NCBI GenBank assembly: GCA_904378075.1
Contig: CAJFHA010000004.1
Coordinates: 18,113-82,112, forward strand
DNA length: 64,000 bases
Direction of reading: 5' to 3'
From: Candidatus Gallimonas faecium
GTDB taxonomy: Bacteria; Bacillota; Clostridia; Christensenellales; Borkfalkiaceae
Made by a program: the position numbers and the translations under genes
In this document: piece after piece, positions 63,436 through 64,000 of the stretch
Position numbering within the stretch: position 1 is the stretch's first letter
Layout: every line of letters starts with the position of its first letter
The notes under the pieces: generated by a model
The model's input: the letters and a program-made list of their open reading frames with translations, nothing else
Told to the model about the DNA's origin: nothing
Databases searched by the model: none

Positions 63436-64000
63436 CGTGAGCGTATACTCAAGCTCCTTAACTTGCTCAGATCGATGGCAGTCTCCAGCGTATGAGAGGA
63501 CTGCGTCACCTCAAAGGGCGTTTTGACGGCGTTCAGCGCGCTCTCGATGGCGATCGCCTTGTCCTCCGCGATCATGCCGTCGGGCGCGAAAGCGATCTTC
63601 GAAATATCCAGCCCCGTCAGCGTCTGAAGGAACGTCAGCCCCGCAATGTACCGCCCGAGATCGTACGTCAGATGATAGCCGTCGCGGGTGAGCGCATCGC
63701 CGACCACGGAAGTACGGGCATTCTGGATCGCCGTACCGTTCGGAATGACCGCAGAGAAAGCGTCGTTGGTCAGGATCTTGTTCTGCACCGTCTGCACGAT
63801 CATCTGATACATCTTCTGCTGATCGCTGCCATACTTGGGAAATTCCGCATGCGTGCTGCTCTGCTGATACGCCCACGTCATGTGCCAGACAAGCTGCGTG
63901 TGCGCATCGGCGGGGAGCATCTTTCTGACGTAATCGATGAGTTCCTGCAGCTTTCCGTACGTGCTCTCGATGCCGCTGCTGCCGCTTGCCTGCTGCAGAG
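63390..64000 (-). CDS. N-terminal/central part of an SGNH-like (DUF4886-like) protein, 5' end beyond window (frame A)
   Basis: The frame is open from nt 64000 (…GSSGIESTYGKLQELIDYVRKMLPADAHTQLVWHMTWAYQQ…IPNGTAIQNARTS…RDGYHLT…GRY). It ends at 63390, overlapping frame B by 46 nt. Confidence 0.7.
   Translation of the reverse strand, partial: LQQASGSSGIESTYGKLQELIDYVRKMLPADAHTQLVWHMTWAYQQSSTHAEFPKYGSDQQKMYQMIVQTVQNKILTNDAFSAVIPNGTAIQNARTSVVGDALTRDGYHLTYDLGRYIAGLTFLQTLTGLDISKIAFAPDGMIAEDKAIAIESALNAVKTPFEVTQSSHTLETAIDLSKLRSLSIRSRWDSITAAIPINIIR

Noticed and set aside
1-64000. CRISPR arrays, tRNA/rRNA genes, and IS elements, integrases or prophage genes.
   Set aside because: I saw no regularly spaced direct repeats, no cloverleaf-like or rRNA-like conserved stretches in the intergenic regions, and no transposase, recombinase or phage structural signatures in any credible ORF.

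Overview
This is a high-GC, Clostridia-like Firmicute chromosomal segment. The lineage call rests on the SCIFF peptide system, a single-chain PurL, a split PurH/PurO and Firmicute gene order. Almost every credible gene is on the minus strand. The many long plus-strand ORFs in the track are Arg/Ala/Gly-rich antisense shadows.

Housekeeping content, in window order:
- smc (partial), rnc and plsX.
- A CDF transporter, an orphan mazF and citrate synthase.
- pnp and rpsO.
- A minus-strand block, in transcription order: SCIFF peptide (scfA), its rSAM maturase (scfB), secD-like, secF-like, recJ, relA, an MBL hydrolase and a HemZ-like rSAM enzyme.
- degV and a GNAT acetyltransferase.
- An 11-gene purine/one-carbon operon, purE-C-F-M-N-purO-purH-D-L-fhs-mutY, behind a consensus promoter and a structured leader.
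- An SDR oxidoreductase and a ZIP transporter.
- A dGTPase-like HD protein, mutT and an alcohol dehydrogenase.
- An OmpR-type regulator and intramembrane-sensing kinase, co-operonic with membrane proteins and a small alarmone synthetase.
- A frameshifted DUF4886-like gene that runs off the window end.

The stand-out locus is an ~11-kb minus-strand operon at 43.8-55.0 kb. It is built around an archaeal/ER-type signal peptidase (SipW-like). It encodes four proteins with TasA/camelysin-type SipW-cognate N-termini. Two of these are ~220-aa stand-alone subunits. The other two (1127 and 1142 aa) carry the same domain fused to ~900-aa beta-helix/GLUG-like passengers with no wall anchor. An unknown TM/PE-rich/KE-rich protein and a signal-less beta-helix ORF in the +1 frame also belong to the operon. 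Its promoter is near-consensus but has a G9 tract inside a 19-nt -35/-10 spacer, which makes it a candidate phase switch.

I saw no rRNA, tRNA, CRISPR array, transposase or integrase. Three apparent 1-nt frameshifts (~24.7, 44.3 and 63.45 kb) suggest that indel errors in the assembly are possible. That also tempers the homopolymer-length claim for the G9 tract.
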